Shown here: piece after piece, positions 9,509 through 19,309 of the stretch
Position numbering within the stretch: the first letter of the stretch is position 1
How the letters are laid out: the number at the start of each line of letters is the position of its first letter
Source: an uncultured Pseudomonadota bacterium
GTDB lineage: Bacteria > Oederibacteriota > Muellerivitia > Muellerivitales > Muellerivitaceae
DNA length: 64,000 bases
Assembly: GCA_963843375.1 (NCBI GenBank)
Contig: CAWJKT010000009.1
Span: 96,001-160,000 of the forward strand
Direction: 5' to 3'
Notes under the pieces: model-generated
Seen by the model: only the letters and a program-made list of their open reading frames with translations
Told to the model about the DNA's origin: nothing
The model's database searches: none
Position numbers and translations under genes: made by a program

Positions 9509-10609
9509 TTAATTTTCACCAGAAAAAACCTTCTTGTGAAGGTATTTTCCCTTGAGTATTGCCAGGATTGTATTGATGAAAAAGATTAAAAGGGCTAATG
9601 CGTTGAGAAGCGCGCCCCAGCGGCGCAGGGGGACCGACTCCAGCATATCTCCGCCTACCCTGGTTATCAGGGAGGCTTGTAACAAAACCCAGTGCGCGTA
9701 AAAAAACGGATGAAAAGGCACGGGGGTTTTCAGAACGCGCGGCAACAGAAGAGGAGCGTGGCTGAATACCATGAAAAAAACAAAACCCAAAAATAGCGCG
9801 TGAAGAAAGGCGTCGTAAGCGAAACCCGAATCAGTCGGCGCGGCCCACAAGCCCACGAGAGAACAAACGATTAGCCAGAGGTAGGCTGACAGCAGGCAAA
9901 ACTTTGCATAAATTTTCCATTCGCCTAATTTTTGATTTTTCCAGCCGTTATCAAAAATCAACAGAAGCAACGCCAACGACAAGTAACCTAAGGACGCCGT
10001 TCGAATGCCGACAGCCGGATAAAAGGGCTGCCATACCGCGCCAAGAACCAGCGAACCGACTGCCAGGGTGAGGATCAGGGACTGAGCGGAGGACGGTTTC
10101 CAATGAACAGCCTCCAGTCTTTCTGAGGCGATGGTCAGTACAAACAACAGCTGCCAACCGGTCATCACATGGGGAATGGATTCTCCCCGCCACCAAAAGT
10201 AGTTGGCCCACGCCCATCCGCACCCGCCCGCAAGCGCCAAAGCGGCGATGTAAAAGGGTTGTTTTTTGAAAAAACCGATAGAGACAATCAAATAACCCGA
10301 GCTAGCCAGCAAAAATAAAAGCGCGCCCCATTTTTCAGGTCCGCCTAAAAGAAGCGTCCAGGCGCCCAGCGCAGTTGCCAGGGGCACCATCAGGCCGGCT
10401 TTGGATTTGAGACCATTGGCGCGGGCTAGCCCGATGATCGTTCCGAAAAAACCGTTCACCATCAGGGGACCGTGAAAGGAAATCCAGTTGGCCTCGGGGA
10501 TCGGCAGGGCCCATTGCAGCCGCAATAATCCGCCCCACACGGCGAAAAGAAGGGTCAATAAGGCAGACAGAGCCAAAGGAATCCGTTTGAGAAAGGTCAT
10601 TGGGGGCAA
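9509..10609 (-). CDS. NnrS-like membrane protein
   Basis: HGPLMVNGFFGT, LTIASERLE, YDAFLHALFLGFVF..HAP; nitrosative-stress gene context. Confidence 0.6.
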   Translation of the reverse strand: MPPMTFLKRIPLALSALLTLLFAVWGGLLRLQWALPIPEANWISFHGPLMVNGFFGTIIGLARANGLKSKAGLMVPLATALGAWTLLLGGPEKWGALLFLLASSGYLIVSIGFFKKQPFYIAALALAGGCGWAWANYFWWRGESIPHVMTGWQLLFVLTIASERLEAVHWKPSSAQSLILTLAVGSLVLGAVWQPFYPAVGIRTASLGYLSLALLLLIFDNGWKNQKLGEWKIYAKFCLLSAYLWLIVCSLVGLWAAPTDSGFAYDAFLHALFLGFVFFMVFSHAPLLLPRVLKTPVPFHPFFYAHWVLLQASLITRVGGDMLESVPLRRWGALLNALALLIFFINTILAILKGKYLHKKVFSGEN

Positions 10610-10716
10610 CTCCGGACAAGATGTGGATTGACTAGACTAAAACGACGATCTAAAAAAAATAGCCGAGTCTTTAAAAACCCGGCTAACGGATGTCAGTCAA
10701 CACACTTAAACTAACT

Positions 10717-11493
10717 TTATTTGGCGCTAAAGGTAAAGTTGACCGTCTGGGTTTCCCCGTCCTTGATAGTGACGGTCTGGTCGGAAGTGCCGTATTTTTC
10801 ATGCCACGCTTCCAACGTATAGGTTCCTGCGGGAAGCTCGCTGATCTTAAATGTCCCGTCGGTTCCGGTGACGTTGTAAAAAGGGTTGCTCACCACGCCG
10901 ACATAACAATGCATCCAGCCGTGGACATCGCATTTTACAGGGACCATAATTTCAGGTTTTGAGAAAACTTTTTCGGATACCATGTCCTGAACGGGCTGCC
11001 CCAAGTTGAAAGCATCATTAATCGCAGCCATGAAATGCACGTTGTGCATGGTTGCGTCGGAGTTGAGGATTTCAAATTTTTGCCCCGCCTGAACACCAAT
11101 CACGTGGGGATTGTACATACAGCCTTTTTGCTGAAGTGTAACCGGCGTGCCCGGGACGGGATAATTTCCGGCGCCGCTTTTTACGTAAATGAACACGTTT
11201 TGCAGGGTGCCGTCCGGATTTTGAAGGACAGTCTGGTCCGTGACGCTGGTGGAGTGCTGGGCTTTACATATCGGATCAGCCGACATGTCAATTTTAGCCG
11301 AGGCAGGGGCTTTGCCGTTCAAGATGACTTTGCCCGATAAGACCGCCGTTCCTTTTACCGCCGAGGAGGCGGCGGATCCAGCGGATTTATTGATCGCCGC
11401 GGCTAAATCATCGTCATCGCTTTTTTGGCCGCATCCCGCCGCCAGAAAAGCTCCGGCGAGAATGATTCCTAAGTATTTCCATGAATTTTTCAT
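10717..11493 (-). CDS. Lipoprotein with cupredoxin-like and carboxypeptidase-regulatory-like domains
   Basis: Lipobox LAAGC; QKGCMYNPHV, HNVH, KCDVHGWM, GTYTLEAWHE. Confidence 0.7.
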   Translation of the reverse strand: MKNSWKYLGIILAGAFLAAGCGQKSDDDDLAAAINKSAGSAASSAVKGTAVLSGKVILNGKAPASAKIDMSADPICKAQHSTSVTDQTVLQNPDGTLQNVFIYVKSGAGNYPVPGTPVTLQQKGCMYNPHVIGVQAGQKFEILNSDATMHNVHFMAAINDAFNLGQPVQDMVSEKVFSKPEIMVPVKCDVHGWMHCYVGVVSNPFYNVTGTDGTFKISELPAGTYTLEAWHEKYGTSDQTVTIKDGETQTVNFTFSAK

Positions 11494-11590
11494 TTTTTTC
11501 TCCTTGTGAAAGATAAATTTAAGATGATAAAAGGGCCTTTTTTAAGAGGCTTGTTTAAACGATTTAGGTGCCTGTTATCCTCCTTCGATC

Positions 11591-12637
11591 TTAGAAAGTT
11601 TCTTCAACTTGCAATGTTTCGCTAGTGGTATTCAGGATGTCGCTTGTGCCAATAAACGACAGGTCAAAGGACACGCGGGTTTTATCCCCGGACCAAAAAT
11701 TGACTCCCGCACCCAGGCTATTGGCGATTCCCGGAACGCCTAAATTGTTGACCACTCCCGAATTGGCGTTATTCATGGTCTCAAACCAAACCAGCGGCTC
11801 AAACCAGGAAATCGGTTTGATGGATAACTGGGCGTCGAAACCGCTGGCGTTGTTCGGGGCCAAGATCATTTCCGTCCTGAAATCCAAGGATTCGATCATC
11901 AACCGGCCATAAGCGTCAAACCAGTCTTGTAACGAGGTGAAAGTGTAAGCGGCGGTTTGCCCGCCTTTGCCGTAGTAATTCGAAATACCCAAAATGAAAT
12001 GGGTGTCTTTCCATTCGGCCCTGGCGGTGAAGTCAATCGTGTTATTGGGATCGGCCGTCACATTGGGACCATCGCCCTGAATCGCGTCTACCTGAACAGT
12101 CAAAGCGTCGATTTGTTCTTTCACTTCCAGGCCTAAATCCCAGGCTTTGGCCGTGGCGTTTCCGGGAATCAAGGCGTCCGTTATGTTGTACGTCGTGCGC
12201 TTTAACTGCTGGGGCAGCAGGTATCGGTTATCGCCGAAAGCATATTTGAATTGTCCGGCCATAACCGACAATCCGTTGATATAGCCGAATTTATGGACAC
12301 CGTAAGCATCCAATAGAGTGAAAGTCCCGATCGCGTAATCCGGCATGATCGCCAAGCTGTTTTCCGAATCCAACACGATAACGCCTCTCACTCGGACATG
12401 CGCCAGGGACAAGGCCTCCGCGTTCCCGTTGTTTGTCCAGTTATCCTGTGCTTGGATCACGCCACTCCAAACTACTGCGGGTTGCGTGGGATTCAGAGTA
12501 GGTGTTGCGGTTTCTGTCGCCTGCGCGTTGTCCGAATCATCGGCCGCGTTGGCCTGCATAAAATGAGCCATACCTAACAGCATTATTCCCGCGATCATCG
12601 ATTTTAGAATCCATTTTTCCTTATTTGAAATATTCAT
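11591..12637 (-). CDS. Putative outer-membrane porin (OprO/P-like)
   Basis: Signal peptide, LLDAY..AGQFK motif, terminal Phe. Confidence 0.55.
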   Translation of the reverse strand: MNISNKEKWILKSMIAGIMLLGMAHFMQANAADDSDNAQATETATPTLNPTQPAVVWSGVIQAQDNWTNNGNAEALSLAHVRVRGVIVLDSENSLAIMPDYAIGTFTLLDAYGVHKFGYINGLSVMAGQFKYAFGDNRYLLPQQLKRTTYNITDALIPGNATAKAWDLGLEVKEQIDALTVQVDAIQGDGPNVTADPNNTIDFTARAEWKDTHFILGISNYYGKGGQTAAYTFTSLQDWFDAYGRLMIESLDFRTEMILAPNNASGFDAQLSIKPISWFEPLVWFETMNNANSGVVNNLGVPGIANSLGAGVNFWSGDKTRVSFDLSFIGTSDILNTTSETLQVEETF

Positions 12638-12717
12638 ACGATAAATTTCCTTGCGTTTTAATTTCGTAGCTAAACTTAAAAATAAAAGCGGGCTCTTTCG
12701 AGCCCGCCGGTTCAAAA

Positions 12718-13773
12718 TCAGGGATGGATTTTGCATCCCGCGCAAGCTTTGGCGTTCGGATCGGCGAAGAAAATGTCGTCCCGGGGTTTGCCGGTGACTT
12801 GCAGGAATCCCACCGCGCCTTTCTCGATGCGGAAAATGGCGTGGTCCACAATGGTGAAGGTTCCTGGCACTGGCAGCTTGATTTCAACGGCAACCGCGCC
12901 TCCGCAGGGTACGGTCGTGGTTTGGATGCCTTCCTCGGGCGGGCTCGACATACCGCCTTCGCGGTAAACCTTGTCGAAGATGGTGCCTATCACATGGAAC
13001 GAGCAGATTTTATTGGGGCCGATGTCGCCGAAATAAATCCTGACCGTTTCTCCGGTTTTGGCTTTAAGCGCCCCATCTCCAATCAGGGAGCCGGTTCTGC
13101 CGTTGAACATCACGTAAGTCGGATTTTCCGCCAGACCCAGAGCGTGTGAATATTCCAAAAGGTTTGGATTCTTTTTGGATTGAACGGCGTAAAGCTCGCT
13201 CTGCATGACGTAGTATTCGTGATCCACTTTGGGGAGACCGCCTTTGGGCTCGACCAGGATAAGGCCATACATGCCGTTGGCGATGTGATCCATCACCGGC
13301 GGGGCCGCGCAATGGTAAACATAAATGCCGGGGTAAAGCAGTTTGAACCGCGACATGGGATGATCGCCCGGCATAACGGTTGTGCAGGTGGCGCCTCCCC
13401 CGGGACCGCTGACGCAATGCATATCGATGTTGTGCGGTTTACCGCTGGGGTCCGAATTGGTCATATGAATTTCAAGATAGTCGCCCACACGGGCGCGGAC
13501 AAAAGGTCCGGGAACATGGCCGTTGAAGGTCCAAAACTCGTATTTTTTGTCCCCGTCCACCGGAAGAACCACTCGTTCAGCAGTCAGGCAAACTTTGACG
13601 GTGGCTGGCAGTATCCGATTTATAGGAGGGGGAACTTCAGGGGCATAGGTCTCAATCGCGTCCTCTTGCAAAAGAGTTGTCTGTTGATTGCCGCAACCTG
13701 CGAATGAGAAAACAAGGAGTAATGACAAACAACCTAAAAGAACCGGATTCCGTGCGAAGATCAACTTTTTCAT
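12718..13773 (-). CDS. nirK: Copper-containing nitrite reductase (AniA-type lipoprotein)
   Basis: WTFNG..PGP, HNIDMH, YHCA..HIANGMYG, SFHVIG, VDH; lipobox FAGC; an in-frame upstream ATG exists at 13989. Confidence 0.9.
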   Translation of the reverse strand: MKKLIFARNPVLLGCLSLLLVFSFAGCGNQQTTLLQEDAIETYAPEVPPPINRILPATVKVCLTAERVVLPVDGDKKYEFWTFNGHVPGPFVRARVGDYLEIHMTNSDPSGKPHNIDMHCVSGPGGGATCTTVMPGDHPMSRFKLLYPGIYVYHCAAPPVMDHIANGMYGLILVEPKGGLPKVDHEYYVMQSELYAVQSKKNPNLLEYSHALGLAENPTYVMFNGRTGSLIGDGALKAKTGETVRIYFGDIGPNKICSFHVIGTIFDKVYREGGMSSPPEEGIQTTTVPCGGAVAVEIKLPVPGTFTIVDHAIFRIEKGAVGFLQVTGKPRDDIFFADPNAKACAGCKIHP

Positions 13774-13805
13774 GATGGAGTTCCTTTCCAATCGACCTTG
13801 ATTAT

Positions 13806-13822
13806 AGCAAGTGCGGTGCCAA
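13806..13822 (-). promoter_or_regulatory. Sigma54-type promoter upstream of nirK
   Basis: Minus strand TTGGCACCGCACTTGCT matches TGGCAC-N5-TTGC. Confidence 0.65.
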
Positions 13823-14046
13823 AGGTGATTGGCTGAAAAAACAGGCGTTTTCGTGAAATGAAAGGGGACGAATGAAAGATTTAAGGAGTACCTGCTATGG
13901 CACCCGCGCCATAGGTGGAGGGCGGAATGTTTTAAACTCCTTCGACCTAGTTTGATTGAGACGGATGCCCGTGATTTATCGTGCTTCATAACAGCCTCCT
14001 TTTTGATCCTGCGATCATTAGGATGCGCTGTTGAAAAGTTAAAGGC

Positions 14047-14062
14047 TGTGACTTATGTCACG
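14047..14062. promoter_or_regulatory. Crp/Fnr-family operator
   Basis: TGTGA-CTTATG-TCACG. Confidence 0.6.
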
Positions 14063-14161
14063 AATTGAACAAAATGACGAATTATCCGAGGATGTTTTTA
14101 CGATTATTGATTTGAGGATGGGCTTGGTGATCCGATCAAGCCGCCGAGCATTTTAAAACGT

Positions 14162-14842
14162 CTACTTTCCCGTGTAATCCGCGAGACCCTGGGCATCCAA
14201 TAGGGACACCTCGTGTTTACCATCGGTTGATATCAACCCCGCCTGTTCCAGTTTGGCGAAAGAGCGGGAAACCACTTCGCGGACCGACCCCAATCGGGAA
14301 GCGAGAATCACGTACGAGGGAACGGTTATCTTTTTGGTTTTTTTCTCTTTAAATTCAGCGATGAGAAACGCGGCCAATCGTTGATCCACTTCTCGCAGGG
14401 AAAGAGACTCGACCAGAGCGGCGGTTTTGCGCAGGCGTTCAGCCAAAAGCTTTAAGGCGGACAGGGCGATGGCAGGGTATTTCAAGCAGAGTTTTTTAAT
14501 ATCCGTTTTCGAAATGAAAAGCACTTCGCTGGTTTCTTCGGCCATCGCAGTGGAAGGATAGGGTTTGTCGTCAAAAACCGGGACTTCCGCGATGGTGGTT
14601 CCCATCTTTTCCACGTGAATAATTTGTTCCCGTCCCTCTTCATTGGCGCGAAAAGCCCGCAACGAACCGCTGGCGATCACGTAAAGGCCGCGAGACTCCT
14701 CACCGGCGGTAAAAAGAATTTCTCCTTTTTTCAACCTGTGTTCAACGCAGGTTTCGGCCACGCTATTTAATTCTTTGTCGGTTAAACGTCCGAACATTTC
14801 GGTTTTTTTCAGAGCCTCAATTTTTTTCATGACGGCCATCAT
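14162..14842 (-). CDS. Crp/Fnr-family transcriptional regulator (HcpR/DNR-like)
   Basis: cNMP-binding domain plus HTH LASRLGSVREVVSR; no Fnr N-terminal Cys cluster. Confidence 0.9.
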   Translation of the reverse strand: MMAVMKKIEALKKTEMFGRLTDKELNSVAETCVEHRLKKGEILFTAGEESRGLYVIASGSLRAFRANEEGREQIIHVEKMGTTIAEVPVFDDKPYPSTAMAEETSEVLFISKTDIKKLCLKYPAIALSALKLLAERLRKTAALVESLSLREVDQRLAAFLIAEFKEKKTKKITVPSYVILASRLGSVREVVSRSFAKLEQAGLISTDGKHEVSLLDAQGLADYTGK

Positions 14843-14878
14843 ATCTTTCGTGGCTGGATACTTCAAGATAACCAACTG

Positions 14879-14894
14879 TGTGATTTAAGTCACG
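14879..14894. promoter_or_regulatory. Crp/Fnr-family operator between the divergent regulator and ric
   Basis: TGTGA-TTTAAG-TCACG. Confidence 0.65.
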
Positions 14895-14954
14895 GCGAAG
14901 CGAAACCGCTTACGGTAAGTTGGATTCGTCAGAGAAACACAAAAGGGGGCGGTT

Positions 14955-15711
14955 ATGCAAACTATAGAAAAGAAAGAAAACATCAAAATCGAAGCTACTC
15001 AATGGGTGGGGAAAATTGCTGTCTGCGATGCCAAGTTCCATACAATTGTTTGAGAAGTTAAAAATTGATTATTGCTGTGGCGGGAACCGCGCCCTTCAGG
15101 AAGCTTGTCAACTGGCCGGTGTGTCTTTGTCGGAAACCCTTTCGGCATTGAAAAAGTTGCAAACCGAAAACAGGACCATGGACACGACCGATTGGCCAAA
15201 CAAAACTATGACCGAACTGATCAACCACATTCTGGACAAACATCACGCTTATACCCGGGAGCAATTGGCCCGGTTAAAGAAATTGTCGGCCAAAGTGAAA
15301 GCCGTCCACGGCGCTCATCAGCCCGAATTAGACCGGGTGGATAAAATTGTCCAACTCATGGCCGAAGAGATGGATGGCCATATGGGCAAGGAAGAAGAAC
15401 AGGTATTTCCTTATCTCAAGGCGGTGGAGACGGCTGGCGGCAAAAAAGACGGCATTGCCGATCCTTTTTTGCGCGAGTCAGAGGATACCCATCCCCTGCG
15501 GATTCTCATGTGGGAACACGGCATGACCGGCGAGGAGTTTGTGGAATTGAATCAGCTGACGAATAACTTTGAGCCTCCCGAGGACGCCTGCAATTCTTAT
15601 CGGGGGCTTTATCACGGCTTAAAAGAACTGGAACAGGATTTACACCAGCACGTTCATTTGGAGAACAACATCCTTTTTTCCAAGGCCGAAGCGGCAGGAA
15701 TTTTAGATTAG
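14955..15711 (+). CDS. ric: Iron-sulfur cluster repair di-iron protein (RIC/YtfE/ScdA), apparent +1 frameshift near 15010
   Basis: IDYCCGG, HILDKHH, HMGKEE, EH, HVHLENNILF; ATG 14955 is out of frame with the body across GGGGAAAA. Confidence 0.85.
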
Positions 15712-15804
15712 TTTTAAAAGCCTGTGACACCGCGCATCTTTTTTCCATCCAACGCGCGGCGCGCAATCACTAAAGCGATGGATTAATTGAAAGAGGAGGA
15801 ATCT

Positions 15805-16263
15805 ATGAAAAGGGAAAAATTCTTGTGGCCCATAACCCATGCCCACCATTTCGGGCTGATGACCGCCAAAACAATTCAACGGTTGCTAAACCAAAAACCA
15901 TCCAAGAAGGAACTGGAAGATTTGAGGCGCAAGGCCGAAAAATTCTTCAAGTCGGACTTGGAAGCCCACATCGGCGTGGAAGAAAAAATGTTGGACCAAC
16001 TGGCTTACCACAAAGGCACAAATGATCCGTTGCTGGTCCGATCCAGGCAGGAACACAAGGAGTTGCACCAACTTCTGAAAACGAAGGATTTAAAATCCCT
16101 GAAATTATTTGCTGAAAAGCTCATCCAGCATATTTATTTCGAGGAAGATAAATTATTTCCCGAAATCGAGGACCAGTTCACACAGGAGGAAAAAGAGTGG
16201 GTGGAGACTGAAATTCAATTCAACATCCACGATTGGCCCAAAATACCCGCGTTTAAAAATTGA
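15805..16263 (+). CDS. Hemerythrin-domain protein (paralog of 9024-9467)
   Basis: Starts MKREKFLWP; HH, HIGVEE, EH, HIYFEE. Confidence 0.75.
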   Translation: MKREKFLWPITHAHHFGLMTAKTIQRLLNQKPSKKELEDLRRKAEKFFKSDLEAHIGVEEKMLDQLAYHKGTNDPLLVRSRQEHKELHQLLKTKDLKSLKLFAEKLIQHIYFEEDKLFPEIEDQFTQEEKEWVETEIQFNIHDWPKIPAFKN

Positions 16264-16272
16264 GGAAGCTTT

Positions 16273-16620
16273 ATGCAACCAGAAATCCCATCCAAACATA
16301 AAGGCCTTTCCGGTGCCGAAGTCGTGAAGGCCGCTGAGCTAGTGAATTACCAGGACGGCTCTATTGTCAGCCGGGAAATTGTCAAGAAGTCGACCGGAAA
16401 CGTGACTCTGTTTGCTTTTGATGAAGGGCAGGGCTTGAGTGAGCATACAGCCCCGTTCGACGCGCTCGTGCAGGCGATCGAAGGCGAGGCGGAAATCAGC
16501 ATCGCTGGCAAGCTCTATCACCTGCATTCCGGCGAGATGATCCTGATGCCCGCGCAAAAACCGCACGCACTTAAGGCGTTGAAGCGTTTCAAGATGATCC
16601 TCACGATGATCCGATCTTAA
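16273..16620 (+). CDS. Cupin-domain protein
   Basis: TLFAFDEGQGLSEHTAPFDA..PHAL. Confidence 0.85.
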   Translation: MQPEIPSKHKGLSGAEVVKAAELVNYQDGSIVSREIVKKSTGNVTLFAFDEGQGLSEHTAPFDALVQAIEGEAEISIAGKLYHLHSGEMILMPAQKPHALKALKRFKMILTMIRS

Positions 16621-16645
16621 GCCTTAACCAAGGGAGGTAAAGACC

Positions 16646-17311
16646 ATGCGCCAAATACTCATTGTTCATAGTTCCGTAGATGAGCGTTTTGAGGTATTTT
16701 TCTCAAAGGTATTTCGGGAGGCGGCGGTTAAAACGGTTTGGGAAACCTATAAGGGCCTCGCGGGAGGGCCTGCCGCGAAAGATAAAATCCAAAGAGAAAT
16801 CCTAGAGTCAGACGCCTTGTTTTTCGTCCTCAGCAAGGATGAGGAAGTTTTCGCGCAAGCCAAGGACTGGTTCCCGTGGGCTACCATCCTGGCTAAGGAA
16901 AAGGATATTTGGGTTTTTGAGCATTGCGAGGACTTGAAACGGGTTCCTGTTTTGATTCTCAACCTTGGGCACTATGTAGCTTGTTACATTAGCAATGCCT
17001 GGTGCGATTACGTCACGAAGATCGTCGAAACCTACGAAAAACCCAAAGTCGCTGGGACAGTCTTGCCCGAGGCCTTATTCAAAAAGCTGACTCCGGTGGA
17101 AGAAGATTCATTCTTTGATCCCTTCAATGGGTTCGCCTTATTCGACGATTCGACTGCCAGGGCTACCGGCTTGAAGGCCGTTTGCCCGGCCTGTTCCGCA
17201 GCCTACGACCTGCATGTTCCCACCGAAATGAAGGTCATCAGGTGCCCTTCCTGCGGCCATATTTCTGGAATCCAACAACCGTCTAAGGTACCCGTGCCTG
17301 CAAAAGGATAA
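16646..17311 (+). CDS. Hypothetical protein, TIR-like N-terminus and C-terminal Zn ribbon
   Basis: ILIVHS..IQREILESDALFFVLS; CPAC..CPSC. Confidence 0.5.
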   Translation: MRQILIVHSSVDERFEVFFSKVFREAAVKTVWETYKGLAGGPAAKDKIQREILESDALFFVLSKDEEVFAQAKDWFPWATILAKEKDIWVFEHCEDLKRVPVLILNLGHYVACYISNAWCDYVTKIVETYEKPKVAGTVLPEALFKKLTPVEEDSFFDPFNGFALFDDSTARATGLKAVCPACSAAYDLHVPTEMKVIRCPSCGHISGIQQPSKVPVPAKG

Positions 17312-17362
17312 GTGGGTTTTTCCAAAAAACAGCTATAACATCGAAAAGATCAGGTTGAAACC

Positions 17363-17390
17363 TGTCCACGACGGGGACCCTTCGTGGACA
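17363..17390 (+). repeat. Palindromic putative recombination site 5
   Basis: TGTCCACGACGGG-GA-CCCTTCGTGGACA; 27/28 identical to site 2. Confidence 0.92.
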
Positions 17391-17467
17391 AAGAAAAAAC
17401 ACCGATTGGTTATTTAATGTTTGGAATACGGTAGTTACAAACAGTGGTTCTTAAAAGGATTTTTTTA

Positions 17468-17851
17468 ATGAAAAGTAATTGGTTTTATATTTTTAATATT
17501 CTTAACTTCTTAATTTTTCCAGTGATTATTCCTTCGCTAGGTATCTATTTTGTCCAGAAGAAAAAAAGTATTTTTAAATTTACTGGAAATAAGTTTTTGA
17601 TTTTATGTTTTCTGATATTTTTTGTGTGGGCGTATTTCAAATTAACGAATGCGGACTCTCCGTATTTTGTAGGAACCTCCATGAGAGCATATTTTCAAGA
17701 ATCAACGTTATTGTTTGGACCTTTAGTTTTTTTCTATATCGGGGTTTATTCATTTTTTGAAAATAAATTGTGGCTCAAAGTCGCTGGTGGTTTAGTGGCA
17801 TTGTTCAGTTTATTAGTTTTCTTGGCGTTTTCTTTGATGGGCACCCCGTGA
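17468..17851 (+). CDS. AT-rich hypothetical membrane protein (about 4 TM)
   Basis: Hydrophobic ORF filling the interval between sites 5 and 6. Confidence 0.65.
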   Translation: MKSNWFYIFNILNFLIFPVIIPSLGIYFVQKKKSIFKFTGNKFLILCFLIFFVWAYFKLTNADSPYFVGTSMRAYFQESTLLFGPLVFFYIGVYSFFENKLWLKVAGGLVALFSLLVFLAFSLMGTP

Positions 17852-17874
17852 ATGGATTGAGGTTACAAAACCTT

Positions 17875-17902
17875 TGTCCACGATGGGGACCCGTCGTGGA
17901 CA
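17875..17902 (+). repeat. Palindromic putative recombination site 6
   Basis: TGTCCACGATGGG-GA-CCCGTCGTGGACA. Confidence 0.92.
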
Positions 17903-18084
17903 ACCCTTTTCCTCTCGACTTACCCGATTTTACTCTTTTTGATCGCTCTCATTTTGATAAATCTGCCAGTGGGGGAATCTTGAATAATAAATAGTTTCGA
18001 ATTCGGCAGGTTTAATTTTCAAACCAGGCTATAGTGACATAAAGTCCACGCAGAAGAAGTTGGCCTCGTTCGGGTTGAGGAATA

Positions 18085-19308
18085 ATGAAGGAGTTGGCGA
18101 TGAATCCGTCTGAACCCCGCATTTTGACCATCAATGGCGGCTCATCAAGTATCAAGTTCGACCTATTTGAGATTGGCGACCCTTTAAGCCGGATTCTGGC
18201 GGGCAGGATTGACCGGATTGGATTGCAGGATGCCACCTTGTGGGTCAAGGGACCGGCCACTTTGGACAATTTTACTCGACCAGTTAAGACGCCCGATCAC
18301 AAATCGGCGGTAGGCGTACTAATGGATTGGATAGGAGAACGCGGCGGTCGTGACGCCTTGGCGGCAGTAGGACACAGGGTAGTGCATGGAGGACCGAATT
18401 ATAGCGACCCGAAAATAATCACAAAAGAAATGATCGAGGAATTACGGCAACTCACGACTTTCGATCCTGAACACTTACCGGAAGAGATCATGTTGATTGA
18501 GGCTTTTCATCGCCAGTTTCCCGACTTGCCCCAAGTGGCCTGTTTCGACACGGCTTTCCATAAAAATTTGCCGCGCGTGGCCCGGATGTTGCCGATTCCG
18601 CGCCGGTACGAGGCAAAGGGGGTGCGCCGATATGGATTTCACGGGTTGTCATATTCGTACCTCATGGGGGAGTTGGCCCGTTTGGCCGGGGCGGAGGCGG
18701 CTCAAGGACGGATCATCCTCGCCCACCTTGGCAATGGCGCGAGTCTGGCGGCGGTCCTGGAAGGAAAGTCCCTGGACACAAGTATGAGTTTTACACCCGC
18801 AGCCGGTGTGCCGATGGGCACACGTTCCGGGGATATTGATCCCGGATTGTTTGGATACCTGGCGAGCGAAGAGGGACTCGACGCAAAAGGATTCAATGAA
18901 ATGGTTAATTTCGAGTCCGGGCTCGTCGGGGTTTCAGAAACCAGTTCGGACATGAGCGATTTGTTGAAAAGCGAAAAGACGGACCAGCGGGCGTCGGAGG
19001 CCGTAACGTTATTTTGCTACCAGGTCAAGAAATGGATCGGCGCTTTCGCGGCGGCGTTAGGCGGCCTGGACACGCTGGTATTCTCCGCTGGTATCGGCGA
19101 AAACGCGCCCACGGTCCGGGCCCGGATTTGCGATGGACTGGAATTTCTGGGGATTGAACTTGAGGAAAAACGGAACACGGCGAACGAGGGAGTGATATCC
19201 CGAGACAAAAGCAGGGTTAGCGTCCGCGTCATTCGCACGGACGAGGAATTCATGATCGCCAAAATGGTTTGCCGCCTTCTCGACATCGGCCGAAAAAGGG
19301 GGATTTAA
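18085..19308 (+). CDS. ackA: Acetate/propionate kinase
   Basis: [43 protein letters not shown]. Confidence 0.92.
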   Translation: MKELAMNPSEPRILTINGGSSSIKFDLFEIGDPLSRILAGRIDRIGLQDATLWVKGPATLDNFTRPVKTPDHKSAVGVLMDWIGERGGRDALAAVGHRVVHGGPNYSDPKIITKEMIEELRQLTTFDPEHLPEEIMLIEAFHRQFPDLPQVACFDTAFHKNLPRVARMLPIPRRYEAKGVRRYGFHGLSYSYLMGELARLAGAEAAQGRIILAHLGNGASLAAVLEGKSLDTSMSFTPAAGVPMGTRSGDIDPGLFGYLASEEGLDAKGFNEMVNFESGLVGVSETSSDMSDLLKSEKTDQRASEAVTLFCYQVKKWIGAFAAALGGLDTLVFSAGIGENAPTVRARICDGLEFLGIELEEKRNTANEGVISRDKSRVSVRVIRTDEEFMIAKMVCRLLDIGRKRGI

Positions 19309-19309
19309 A

